This document shows positions 53,586 to 62,116 of a stretch of 64,000 nucleotides of DNA, in pieces. Position 1 is the first letter of the stretch, and each line of letters starts with the position of its first letter. A model generated the notes under the pieces. That model searched no databases. It had not been told where the DNA came from and saw nothing but the letters and a program-made list of their open reading frames with translations. The DNA lies in NCBI RefSeq assembly GCF_019749955.1, contig NZ_JAIEPC010000017.1, forward strand, positions 383-64,382. The letters run 5' to 3'. This DNA comes from Sphingomonas sp. (GTDB lineage: Bacteria > Pseudomonadota > Alphaproteobacteria > Sphingomonadales > Sphingomonadaceae). The position numbers and the translations under genes were made by a program.

Positions 53586-54250
53586 CGCGCACGCGATCCC
53601 AAGCGGGGTTCACGCTGATCGAATTGCTCGTCACCTTGGCGTTGCTCGGGCTTGTTGGGGGCATGTTGTCGGCGGGGGCCTTGCTGACGCGGCGGATGGC
53701 CCAGCGCGCCGCGCAGCAGGCCGCCACCAGCCAGACGATCGTCACCGCGCAAAACATCGTGCGCAACCGCATCGAATCGATCGTGCCGAGCGCGCGCTTC
53801 GATCTGGAAAAGCCGACGGTCGACATCGCTGGAGAGCGGAGTCGGCTCGGCTTCCTGGCGCCTGCCCTGCCCGCCGCGCAGCCAACGACCGTCCGCCGCT
53901 ACCGGCTGGTACGCACGGCGTCGGGGCAGATCGTGCTCTATGACAGCCCCGATCTGTCGGATCGGATCGACCCCAATGCACCGGGCGAAGCGGGCTGGAC
54001 GCCGACGATCCTGCTGACCGGCGTGCGCCACCTCGAGATCGACTATTTCGGGGCGCAGCGTGGCGAGCGCGAGCGGCGCTGGCACCGCGACTGGACGCAG
54101 CAGCCGCTGCCGCCCGAGCTGATCCGGGTCCGGCTCGATTTCGCGCCCGGCGACCGGCGGCAATGGCCCGATCTGATCATGCGGCCCGCCGCGACGATCA
54201 ACAGCGCGTGTCGGCTCGATCCGTTTACCGGGATTTGTGCTGGCACATGA
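53582..54250 (+). CDS. gspJ: minor pseudopilin GspJ
   Basis: The leader is AG-FTLIELLVTLALLGLV. 222 aa, with a GTGA overlap. Confidence 0.82.
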   Translation: MTRTRSQAGFTLIELLVTLALLGLVGGMLSAGALLTRRMAQRAAQQAATSQTIVTAQNIVRNRIESIVPSARFDLEKPTVDIAGERSRLGFLAPALPAAQPTTVRRYRLVRTASGQIVLYDSPDLSDRIDPNAPGEAGWTPTILLTGVRHLEIDYFGAQRGERERRWHRDWTQQPLPPELIRVRLDFAPGDRRQWPDLIMRPAATINSACRLDPFTGICAGT

Positions 54251-55260
54251 TCAAGTCGGGCACTTTCCTCGATGCCGATATCGGCACGCTGGCGCGCAAG
54301 GCGGCGCAGGGCTGGCGCTGGTGGGTCGACGAAATGGCTGGGATGCTGCCCGCCCGGCTGCGGCCGCAGCGGCAGGTACCGCCGGGGCAGCGGCTTCGCT
54401 GGGACGGCGCCCGGCTGGCGGTCGAGGCGCATGGCGGCGCGCCGACGCCGGGGGGGGCGAGCATCCTGATCGATCCCGCGCTGGTGTTGACGCGCGTGGT
54501 CGATCGCCCCGCCCTCCCGCTCGCCGATCTCAAGCGGCTGATCGCCCTCGATCTCGACCGGCTAACCCCCTTTGCGCTCGGCGCGGCCTATAGCGACGCG
54601 CGCATCCTCGGCCCTGGCGCGGCGCCCGGTACGGTGCAGGTCGACGTCGCGGCGATCCCGAAAACGCTTGCTGAAGACATCGCCGATGCCTGCGCCAACG
54701 CAGGTGTCACGCCGCGCGCGGTGGGTCTGGTGGAGGCCGATAGCACCACGCTCGCGGTGGATTTCCTCGCGCCGATGCGCGCCGATGGGCTGGTCGCGGC
54801 GGGGCGCCAACGCGCCGGACTGTGGTGGGGGCTGGTCGGGATCGGCTTCGCGCTCAATCTCGGACTGTTCGTCTATCATGACATCGCCAGCGTCCAGACG
54901 TTGCAGGTGCTGGTCGATGATCAGGAGCCTTCGGCCAAAGCCGCGCGCAAGCTCGCCGCGACGATCCAGCGCGAAGAGCGGCGACGCGATACACTGCTCG
55001 CCGAGCGTCGCCGTGGCGATCCGCTCCGCGTGCTTGCGCTCACCAGCCATATCATGCCCAACGGTGCGTGGGTCGAACGCCTCGCCTGGGATCGCAGCCA
55101 GTTCCGCATCAGCGGCTACAAACCCGCCAAGCTCAACCTCCTTAAGGTATTGCGCGACAGTGGTCGGTTCACTGCGATCCGCACGACGGTCGCCGATGTC
55201 GCAACCGAATCGGCTGAAGGCGAACCGTTCGACATCAGCGCGGGCAGCGTCAAACCATGA
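54247..55260 (+). CDS. gspL: GspL-like assembly protein (cytoplasmic domain, one TM helix, PilN-like periplasmic domain)
   Basis: The ATG at 54247 overlaps the gspJ stop. The single TM helix is GLWWGLVGIGFALNLGLFVY, at about residue 200 of 337. The position and topology fit GspL. Confidence 0.65.
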   Translation: MIKSGTFLDADIGTLARKAAQGWRWWVDEMAGMLPARLRPQRQVPPGQRLRWDGARLAVEAHGGAPTPGGASILIDPALVLTRVVDRPALPLADLKRLIALDLDRLTPFALGAAYSDARILGPGAAPGTVQVDVAAIPKTLAEDIADACANAGVTPRAVGLVEADSTTLAVDFLAPMRADGLVAAGRQRAGLWWGLVGIGFALNLGLFVYHDIASVQTLQVLVDDQEPSAKAARKLAATIQREERRRDTLLAERRRGDPLRVLALTSHIMPNGAWVERLAWDRSQFRISGYKPAKLNLLKVLRDSGRFTAIRTTVADVATESAEGEPFDISAGSVKP

Positions 55261-55811
55261 TGGCAACGCTCTCTGCGCGCGAACGCCGCCTGATCGCGAT
55301 CCTGATTCTGGTCGCCGCAATCGCGTTGCTGTGGCTAGGGCTGATCAGCCCAATTGCGAGCGGCTTTGCCGAGCGCGCCGAACAGCGCGAGCGTCTGGCA
55401 CAGGTCTATGCCAACAACAGCCGCCTGATCGCGAGCATCGGCCGACTACGCAAACTCGCCGAGGCGCAGCGCGCCGACAGCGATCGGTTCCACATCACCG
55501 CGCCGACGCTGGTCGCGGCGAATGAAATTCTGAAAGCACGCTTGAGTGACGCCGTGACCAACGCGGGCGGCCAGACGCGATCGATGCAGGAAATCGAAGC
55601 CGATCCGGGTCGCGTCGGCGCGTGGATCGAGGCGCGGATGACCTTGCCGCAACTCGTCGCGGTGCTTGGCACGCTTGAAAGTCAGGAGCCGCTGCTCGCG
55701 ATGTCGTCCTTGTCGGTCTCGGCGGATCCGGCAGCGATCAGCGCGCGACCCGATACGCTCAACGTGCGGATCGAAGCGTCGACATGGTATGATCATGCCC
55801 AGTCGCGCTGA
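55257..55811 (+). CDS. gspM: GspM-like assembly protein
   Basis: 184 aa with an N-terminal TM helix (LIAILILVAAIALLWLGLI). ATGA overlap with gspL. Confidence 0.65.
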   Translation: MMATLSARERRLIAILILVAAIALLWLGLISPIASGFAERAEQRERLAQVYANNSRLIASIGRLRKLAEAQRADSDRFHITAPTLVAANEILKARLSDAVTNAGGQTRSMQEIEADPGRVGAWIEARMTLPQLVAVLGTLESQEPLLAMSSLSVSADPAAISARPDTLNVRIEASTWYDHAQSR

Positions 55812-56289
55812 CGGCAGCTTGCTCCCGGCGCTGCTGGCGCTTGTGCTGGCCTTGCTCGCCGTCTTTCAGCTGCTGACGGGCACCGAGGCGCTGCCGCCCG
55901 AAAGCTATGGTCGGGTAATTGTGCCGATCGTTCGGCCCCGCGCCGATTCAGCTATCGCCACCGACCCGGCGATCGTGCGCGCGGCGATATTCACCCCCGT
56001 GCACGGCACCGGGCGCGATGACCAGCCGCCCGCGTCACTCGGCCCGCTCGGTGATGCCGCGCCGGTCGGGATCACGCGGGCACGCGGCATTACGCGCGTG
56101 ATCCTGCAACGCAGCGACGGGCAGATCATCCGGCTGCCGATCGGCAGGCGCTACCAGAGCTGGCGCCTGACCGCCGTGACCAATGATGCGGTCCGTTTCA
56201 GCGGCCCCGACGGCAGTGTGCGTATCCCGCTTGCCGACCGACCCATTTCACCGGGCCAGTATAATCCGCCCCAACCGGACAAGAGATGA
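55789..56289 (+). CDS. small bitopic T2SS protein, GspC/GspN (XpsN)-like
   Basis: The ATG at 55789 or 55795 is followed by the TM helix LLPALLALVLALLAVFQLL. The C-terminal beta-rich segment GITRVILQRSDGQIIRLPIGRRYQSWRLTAVTNDAVRF resembles a GspC HR/PilP-like fold. The gene lies immediately upstream of the secretin gene. Confidence 0.5.
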   Translation: MIMPSRADGSLLPALLALVLALLAVFQLLTGTEALPPESYGRVIVPIVRPRADSAIATDPAIVRAAIFTPVHGTGRDDQPPASLGPLGDAAPVGITRARGITRVILQRSDGQIIRLPIGRRYQSWRLTAVTNDAVRFSGPDGSVRIPLADRPISPGQYNPPQPDKR

Positions 56290-58325
56290 TCATGACCAAG
56301 CCCCTTCATGCGGCCTTGATCGCCCTGTCGGCGCTGCCGATCACCGCTGCGCCGGCGCAGGACCGCGACAGTTCGGCCACGATCCTGCCGGGCAAGGAGC
56401 AGCAGCCCGCGCCCGCGCCGACCCCGCGCCCGCGCATTGTGGATGGCGATATCAGCATCAACTTTCCCTCGGCGAGCATTCGCGTCGTAGCGGCGTCGGT
56501 GCTCGGCGACATTCTGCACGTTCCCTATAGCGTCGCCGTCGGGCTCGACACGCCGGTGACTGTCGTCACAACGCGGCCGATCGCGCGCCAATCGGTGCTG
56601 GCCTTTTTCGAAGAGGCGATCCGGCGCAGCGATCTCGCGCTAATCGCGCAGGACGGGCGCTTCACGATCGAGCCCATCGCCAGCGCGCGCGGTGCGGCGC
56701 CGACCGATCCCGACGCCAGCGGCTTTGCCAATGAAATCGTGCGACTCCAATTTGTTGGCGCCGATCAGATGAAGGCACTGCTCGATCCGATCCTGCCCGG
56801 CGTCGTCGTTCAGGCCGATACCGCGCAGAACAGCGTGACCTTGTCGGGCACATCGGGCCAGCGCGCGAGTGCCCGCGACCTGCTGCGCCAGTTTGACGTC
56901 AATTGGCTGCGCGCGATGTCGTTCGGGCTCTATATTCCGCGCAACACCGATGCCCGGCTGATCGCACCCGAGCTCGAAAAGCTGCTCAACGCGCCCGATG
57001 CGCCGACCAAGGGACTGGTGCGGCTGATCGCGATGGAAAAGCTGAACGGCATCGTCGCGATCAGCCGCCAGCCGCAATATCTGGGCGACGTCCAGCGCTG
57101 GGTCGAAATTCTCGACCGCGAAGGGCAAAGCAGCCAGGCCAAGCTATTCGTCTACCGCGTCCAGAACGGGCGCTCGCGCGATCTGGCGCGCACGATCAAT
57201 GCCGCCTTCGGCAATTCTACCTCGGGCGGGGCGAGTGCGGTCGATCCATCGGGGTATGAAGGCAATCCCGACGGCAATCCGCAGCGCGGCGCCAACAGCA
57301 ACGGCGCGCCGCCAGCGCCGAGCCAGCGCGGCGATGGCATCGACCCGGCCGCCGCACAGCGCAGCGGGTCGCTCGCGTCGCCGAACGATCAGCCGGTGAC
57401 AGCGAGCGGCGGTGGCGGCGCGATCCCGGCGATCATCACCAGCGACGACAACAACAATGCGATCATCGTGTTCGGCACGCCGCGCGTCTATGCGCTGATC
57501 GAAGCCGCACTGCGCCAACTCGACGTACCGCCGGTGCAGGTGCTGATCGAAGCAGCGATCACCGAGGTCAGCCTGACCGACGATCTGCGCTATGGCGTGC
57601 AGTGGAACTTCACCAGCGGCAATACCAACACCGTCCTGACCGATTCCACCGCAGCCACCAATATCGTCCGCCAGGTGCCGGGCTTTTCGTTCCTGTTTGC
57701 CAACACCGGGCTCAACGCCGTGCTCAACACGCTGGCGACCAAGACCAAGATCAACGTGGTTTCCGCGCCCAAGCTGCTCGTGCTCAACAACCAGACCGCC
57801 GTACTACAGGTCGGCGACCAAGTACCCGTGCTCACCCAAAGCTCGACCTCGACGATTTCGGGCAATGCACCGGTCATCAACGCGATCGAATATCGCGACA
57901 CCGGGGTCATCCTGAAGGTCACCCCGCGCGTCAACGCGACCGGTGTCGTGCTGCTCGACGTGTCGCAGGAAGTCAGCGACGTCAATGTCACGCGCACCGC
58001 CGGGTCAGGGGTTGCGTCCCCGACCATATCGACGCGCAAGATCAACACATCGGTCGCGGTGAAGGACGGCGAGGTACTCGCGCTCGGCGGGTTGATCCGC
58101 AACACCGAAAGCCGCGACAAGATCGGCTTTCCGTTCCTCTCGCAAATCCCGATCATCGGCGGCTTGTTCGGGCGCCAGGCCAAGAATGTCGACCGGACCG
58201 AGCTGATCGTGATCCTGCGCCCGCGCGTCGTGCGCTCGGTCGAGGATGGCCGCGCGGTCACCGACGAGCTGCGGCGCAAGATCAGGAGCCTCGAGCCTTT
58301 CGCCTCGACCGGCCAAATCCCGTGA
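56286..58325 (+). CDS. gspD: type II secretion outer-membrane secretin GspD
   Basis: The signal peptide is MIMTKPLHAALIALSALPITAAPA-Q. The secretin domain shows VSAPKLLVLNNQTAVLQVGDQVPV and ELIVILRPRVV. Confidence 0.92.
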   Translation: MIMTKPLHAALIALSALPITAAPAQDRDSSATILPGKEQQPAPAPTPRPRIVDGDISINFPSASIRVVAASVLGDILHVPYSVAVGLDTPVTVVTTRPIARQSVLAFFEEAIRRSDLALIAQDGRFTIEPIASARGAAPTDPDASGFANEIVRLQFVGADQMKALLDPILPGVVVQADTAQNSVTLSGTSGQRASARDLLRQFDVNWLRAMSFGLYIPRNTDARLIAPELEKLLNAPDAPTKGLVRLIAMEKLNGIVAISRQPQYLGDVQRWVEILDREGQSSQAKLFVYRVQNGRSRDLARTINAAFGNSTSGGASAVDPSGYEGNPDGNPQRGANSNGAPPAPSQRGDGIDPAAAQRSGSLASPNDQPVTASGGGGAIPAIITSDDNNNAIIVFGTPRVYALIEAALRQLDVPPVQVLIEAAITEVSLTDDLRYGVQWNFTSGNTNTVLTDSTAATNIVRQVPGFSFLFANTGLNAVLNTLATKTKINVVSAPKLLVLNNQTAVLQVGDQVPVLTQSSTSTISGNAPVINAIEYRDTGVILKVTPRVNATGVVLLDVSQEVSDVNVTRTAGSGVASPTISTRKINTSVAVKDGEVLALGGLIRNTESRDKIGFPFLSQIPIIGGLFGRQAKNVDRTELIVILRPRVVRSVEDGRAVTDELRRKIRSLEPFASTGQIP

Positions 58326-59173
58326 CGCCGCGGCGGCAGGGCGAGCAGGGTTATGCACTGCTGGCAGCGGTCGCCAGCATTGCGCTGCTTTCGATGCTGT
58401 CGATGATGATGATGCTCGCCAGCCAGGGCACGGTGGTTATGGCGGCGGCTGAGAGTGATCAGGCCCGGCTGACCGCCGCTGCCGATGGCGGCGTTGCGCT
58501 CGCGTTGCAGGGCGTGCTCCAATCCGACCGGCGCCGACGCTGGGCGATCGATGGCCAGGTCCACCGCGTCACTTTTGCGGGCTATGATCTGGCGATTGCT
58601 GTGATCGACGAGCGCGGCAAAATTCCGCTCAATCGCCTCAACCGCCATCAATCGGCAGCGATGTTCGAAGCGTTCGGCCTGTCGGGCGCCGATCGTGATA
58701 TTGCGGTCGACAGTTTCCTCGACTGGCGCGATCAGAATGACGATGCCAATCCCGACGGCGCCGAAGCCGATTATTACGCGCCCAAGGGTCTGCTGCCGCG
58801 CAACGGCAATCTTCGTAACGTCGGTGAGCTCGCCCTGATCCGGGGCGTCGGCCCGGCGGTTGCCGCGCGCATCATTCCCTTCGCCACGGTCGATTTCGGC
58901 CCCAAGGGCGATTTCGACCCGCGCTTTGCCTCGCCCATTGCCCGACGGATCATGGCCGATGAGGAGGAGCTGACACCGACAACGATCGGCGGTGAGACGG
59001 CCATCGCCAAAGTCTCAGCGCCGGTGGGCGACCCCAACAGCCTGATCGATCATCCGCTAACGATTCGTGTCGACGCCAGCACGCGCGACGGTCGCGCCCG
59101 GACCCGGCGGCAGTTGATCGTCTCGCTGACGGGAATCGACGCGCGCCCCTATCTGGTCCGCGGGCGCGACTGA
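58322..59173 (+). CDS. gspK: minor pseudopilin GspK
   Basis: The GTG at 58322 overlaps the gspD stop. The pseudopilin-like N-terminus QG-YALLAAVASIALLSMLSMMMML lacks Glu5, as in GspK. Helix-hairpin-helix-like segments read LNRLNRHQSAAMFEAFGLS and NVGELALIRGVG. Confidence 0.75.
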   Translation: MTPRRQGEQGYALLAAVASIALLSMLSMMMMLASQGTVVMAAAESDQARLTAAADGGVALALQGVLQSDRRRRWAIDGQVHRVTFAGYDLAIAVIDERGKIPLNRLNRHQSAAMFEAFGLSGADRDIAVDSFLDWRDQNDDANPDGAEADYYAPKGLLPRNGNLRNVGELALIRGVGPAVAARIIPFATVDFGPKGDFDPRFASPIARRIMADEEELTPTTIGGETAIAKVSAPVGDPNSLIDHPLTIRVDASTRDGRARTRRQLIVSLTGIDARPYLVRGRD

Positions 59174-59851
59174 CGGCGCGCCGATCGCGCGCACCGTGCC
59201 CGCACGCGAGATCGCCAGCGTCGGCAGGCCCCAAGGCGCAAAGGTGCCGGGAACGGGCAGCGCGCGCGTCATCGTGGCCGGCACATAGACGATGCCCTCC
59301 CCCGTCGGCGCACCGATTCCGCCCGGGCGGCGGTAAAAGATGTGCGCGCCGATCTTCGTGACGCGGCTGAGGCTGCGCGCCCAGACCGGCGAGACATAAT
59401 CGGCATGATAGTTGATCGCGTCGCCGATCGTCGCGCCACCTTCGCCGCGCAGCACGCGCTCGGCCACCAACCGCGCAGCGGCAAGACTGCGCGCGCTGCG
59501 TGGTCGCAGCAGCGATCCGTCGCAGGTGAAGGTAAACTGGCAGCCCGTCCGGCGGGCTGAGCCCTGAAAAATCACCCCGCACACGGTCTTCGGGAAATCC
59601 GGCGCCCGCAGCCGGTTGAGCACCACTTTGGCCACCGCCTCCTGACCCTCGACCGGTTCATTGCCCGCTTCATAGCTGATCGCCGACGCGAGACAGTCGA
59701 CATCGCGCGGGTCTGGGCTTGGGAGGAGTATGCTCATATCGTGCGAATCGGCCTGCAAGGCCATCGCCGGCGATGCCCCGATCAGCGCATAAGGGAGCGC
59801 AAGGCTTACACTTAAGCGTCGTCCTGCCGATCCTGTCCGAATCCACATCAT
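59057..59851 (-). CDS. cell wall hydrolase, SleB/CwlJ (Hydrolase_2) domain
   Basis: The ATG at 59851 is followed by the signal-like MMWIRTGSAGRRLSVSLALPYALIGASPAMA. Conserved segments are AISYEAGNEP..GQEAVAKVVLNR, CQFTFTCDG and YHADYVSPVWA. The 3' tail overlaps gspK by 117 nt. Confidence 0.78.
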   Translation of the reverse strand: MMWIRTGSAGRRLSVSLALPYALIGASPAMALQADSHDMSILLPSPDPRDVDCLASAISYEAGNEPVEGQEAVAKVVLNRLRAPDFPKTVCGVIFQGSARRTGCQFTFTCDGSLLRPRSARSLAAARLVAERVLRGEGGATIGDAINYHADYVSPVWARSLSRVTKIGAHIFYRRPGGIGAPTGEGIVYVPATMTRALPVPGTFAPWGLPTLAISRAGTVRAIGAPSVAPADQIGARVDSRQRDDQLPPGPGATVARAGVDTNR

Positions 59852-59867
59852 CGCCACCCCCGGCCAA

Positions 59868-60320
59868 TCACGGCGACAATAGCGCAATCGATCCGCAGCG
59901 ACACATGGAATGATTTGGTGCAGACAAGATCACATCGGCGCGCAACCCAATGTGGCACACGACGCTCCAGGACCGATGCCCCTGGCGTTGGGAGCGGTTC
60001 GATTCCGCCCCATGGGGCAGATCGCCACTGGTGCTGGTACCCGGAGAACGAAAGTCCGTCGGCACCAGCGCAACCCGCGCGGCATCGTAGAAAATATCTG
60101 ACGTCGGCCCAGTCCAGTGGCGCAGTCGCTCGCCGCTCGCATCATCCCAGCGAATATCGCTTTCATGGACGGGTTTCCCCTGGACCTGGCCGATAATGAC
60201 GATCGATGCGGCTGCGCCGAACTGAACAATAGGGCGTGGCCCAGCGGCCGGATCTGCCGCGCAAAATGTGCACGCGCGGTTGACGCGATCTGGCTCGCCC
60301 GCTTCCTGCATGCGCGCCAC
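59868..60320 (-). pseudogene. uracil-DNA glycosylase-superfamily gene remnant (C-terminally truncated and degenerate)
   Basis: Residues ...GPRPIVQFGAAASIVIIGQVQGKPVHESDIRWDDASGERLRHWTG..IFYDAARVALVPTDFRSPGTSTSGDLP follow the family pattern (PRP.., I.GQAPG..VH..G..F.D.SG.RL..WLG, FYD, PMGFC.PG, GDLPP). Similarity stops after GDLP, and the motifs GQAPG and MGFC are altered. Confidence 0.45.
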
Positions 60321-60440
60321 GGCGTCGTTAATGGCGTGGTCGTGCAGGTCGCGATCGGTTGAATGCAGCTGCCGTCTCGACCGTCGGTACCGCAGTTCTG
60401 GCGCTTTGGTTTGCCAGAACAGCGGCTCGGCGGATGGCAG

Positions 60441-61340
60441 CTAAATCGGCTCCGAAAACTGCTGCATCGTTGCAACGATATGGTCGATGAAAAGCCGCGC
60501 CTTGGCTGGTGGCTTGCGACCGAGCGGGGACACCGCGTGGACATCGATGGTTGGCAGAGTGAAGTGGGGAAGCACGCGCACCAGCTCGCCCCGTCCCAGT
60601 TCCATCCGGCAGGCAAAGGCCGAGGTCATGGCGAGGCCGAACCCGGCGACAGCGGACGCCAACACGCCTTCGGTGGAGGTGGCGACCAGCCGCGCCTCAA
60701 GCTTCACCGACGTTTCGCCACCAGTCTTGTCGCGTAACGTCCAGACATCGATGCCCGGCGTCCGCCCGCTGATGATGTCATGCGCCTGGAGATCGGCAAT
60801 CGACTTGGGGGCAGATCGCTGCGCGAGATAGGCCGGGCTCGCCACGATGTAGCGCGGGGCCGACCCGATCCGTCGGCTGACGAAGCTCGAATCCTCCAAT
60901 ACGCCAAGTCGGATCGCCAGATCGACCCCTTCGTTGAGCAGGTCGACGCGCCGGTCTGCCATCAATAACTCGACGCGCAATGCAGGATGCGCCGCCAGAA
61001 ACGGACCGAGCCGGGGGGCGATTTCGCGCGCGCCAAAGGTTACCGGGGTCGCGACCTTCAGCACACCCGTCAGGCCATCAGCGCCGCGCACGGCGTTTTC
61101 CATCTCTTCGACATCGCTGAGAACGCCGCGGGCCCGCTCGAGCAGCGTGGCGCCGGCTTCGGTCGGCACGACTTGGCGCGTGGTCCGCATCAGTAGCTTG
61201 ACGCCAAGCCGCGCCTCAAGCCCACCGATCATGCGCGACACGGTGGGTTGCGCATAACCGAGCTCACGCCCGGCGCGCGAAAAGCTGCCAGTCTCAGCCA
61301 CGCGGACGAACAGGGTCAGATCCTGGAAGTGATCACTCAT
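60441..61340 (-). CDS. LysR family transcriptional regulator
   Basis: I chose the ATG at 61340 (MSDHFQDLTLFVRVAETGSFSRAGRELGYAQPTVSRMIGGLE). The track start at 61367 is TTG. Confidence 0.9.
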   Translation of the reverse strand: MSDHFQDLTLFVRVAETGSFSRAGRELGYAQPTVSRMIGGLEARLGVKLLMRTTRQVVPTEAGATLLERARGVLSDVEEMENAVRGADGLTGVLKVATPVTFGAREIAPRLGPFLAAHPALRVELLMADRRVDLLNEGVDLAIRLGVLEDSSFVSRRIGSAPRYIVASPAYLAQRSAPKSIADLQAHDIISGRTPGIDVWTLRDKTGGETSVKLEARLVATSTEGVLASAVAGFGLAMTSAFACRMELGRGELVRVLPHFTLPTIDVHAVSPLGRKPPAKARLFIDHIVATMQQFSEPI

Positions 61341-61454
61341 AGCAAGATCGTATAAGTCATAGAGCAAATGAAGGGATACAAGCGAATCACTGCATGAGCC
61401 ATTTCGGGGTCACCGGCAACGAGCATGTTGCTGGACACCATCAGGAGACCTGCA

Positions 61455-62030
61455 ATGACCCTCGCTTTCAACAGCTACACCGCCGACACCGCGCCCGAAG
61501 CCTCCAAGCCGCTGCTCGCTGCCGTCAAGAGCCAGTTCAGCTTCGTGCCGAACCTCCAGAGCATCATGGCCGAGAGCCCCGAGCTGCTCGCCGCGCACAG
61601 CGCGCTGTGGGCGCAGTTCTCGCAGTCGACGCTGACCCAGCACGAGCAGCAGGTCGTGTTCATGACCGCAATCTACGAGCATGACTGCCATTATTGCATG
61701 GCCGGCCACACCACGATGGCCAAGATGCAGAAGATGGGCGAGGACGTGATCGCGTCGCTGCGGGGCGGCACCGCGATCGTCGACCCCAAGCTCGAAGCGC
61801 TGCATGCCTTCACCACGCTGGTCGTGCGTGACCGTGGCCATGTTGCCGACGAAGATGTCCAGGCATTCCTCGATGCCGGTTTCACCAAGCGCAACATCCT
61901 CGAGGTTGTGCTCGGCGTCTCGATCAAGATCCAGAGCAACTACACCAACCATCTCGTTGGTACCCCGCTCGACGCCTTCATGAAGGGCAATGAGTGGTCC
62001 AAGCCCGTCGCGCTGCGCGCCGCCGCCTGA
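61455..62030 (+). CDS. carboxymuconolactone decarboxylase / AhpD-like family protein
   Basis: The ATG at 61455 follows AGGAGA. The CxxC motif reads CHYCMAGH. 191 aa. Confidence 0.8.
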   Translation: MTLAFNSYTADTAPEASKPLLAAVKSQFSFVPNLQSIMAESPELLAAHSALWAQFSQSTLTQHEQQVVFMTAIYEHDCHYCMAGHTTMAKMQKMGEDVIASLRGGTAIVDPKLEALHAFTTLVVRDRGHVADEDVQAFLDAGFTKRNILEVVLGVSIKIQSNYTNHLVGTPLDAFMKGNEWSKPVALRAAA

Positions 62031-62058
62031 GCCTCGCGCATCGATTGACTTCCTCCCT

Positions 62059-62101
62059 GGCCGACGCGGGTTCGCCCCCGCCCCGCGTCGGCCACCCTTT
62101 T
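62059..62101 (+). terminator. Rho-independent terminator-like hairpin
   Basis: A 12-bp GC stem pairs GGCCGACGCGGG (62059-62070) with CCCGCGTCGGCC (62082-62093), followed by ACCCTTTT. Confidence 0.65.
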
Positions 62102-62116
62102 CAAAGTGATGACATC

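Noticed and set aside
49426-59887. The hypothesis that the T2SS block is a horizontally acquired island, bounded by the AT-rich region and the decayed UDG-like gene.
   Set aside because: The coding GC content and codon style of the gsp genes look the same as the flanks. There is no integrase, transposase or direct repeat. AT-richness is confined to the promoter gap. This cannot be settled without comparative genomics.
59991-60019. A tRNA T-arm-like string, GGAGCGGTTCGATTCCGCCCCATGGGGCA. It could be a tRNA 3' fragment, and hence an att site of a genomic island carrying the T2SS.
   Set aside because: The putative T stem has a mismatch. The supposed acceptor arm would start with C and lacks CCA. 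The upstream 70 nt cannot be folded into D and anticodon arms (the only stem has a 9-nt loop). GCCCCATGGGGC is simply a palindrome. An 11-mer GGTTCGATTCC match can occur by chance.
59930-60616. A 228-aa minus-strand ORF spanning the UDG-like remnant and the LysR 3' end.
   Set aside because: Its frame differs from both recognisable genes, the translation has no motif, and it overlaps the LysR coding region. It is most likely spurious.
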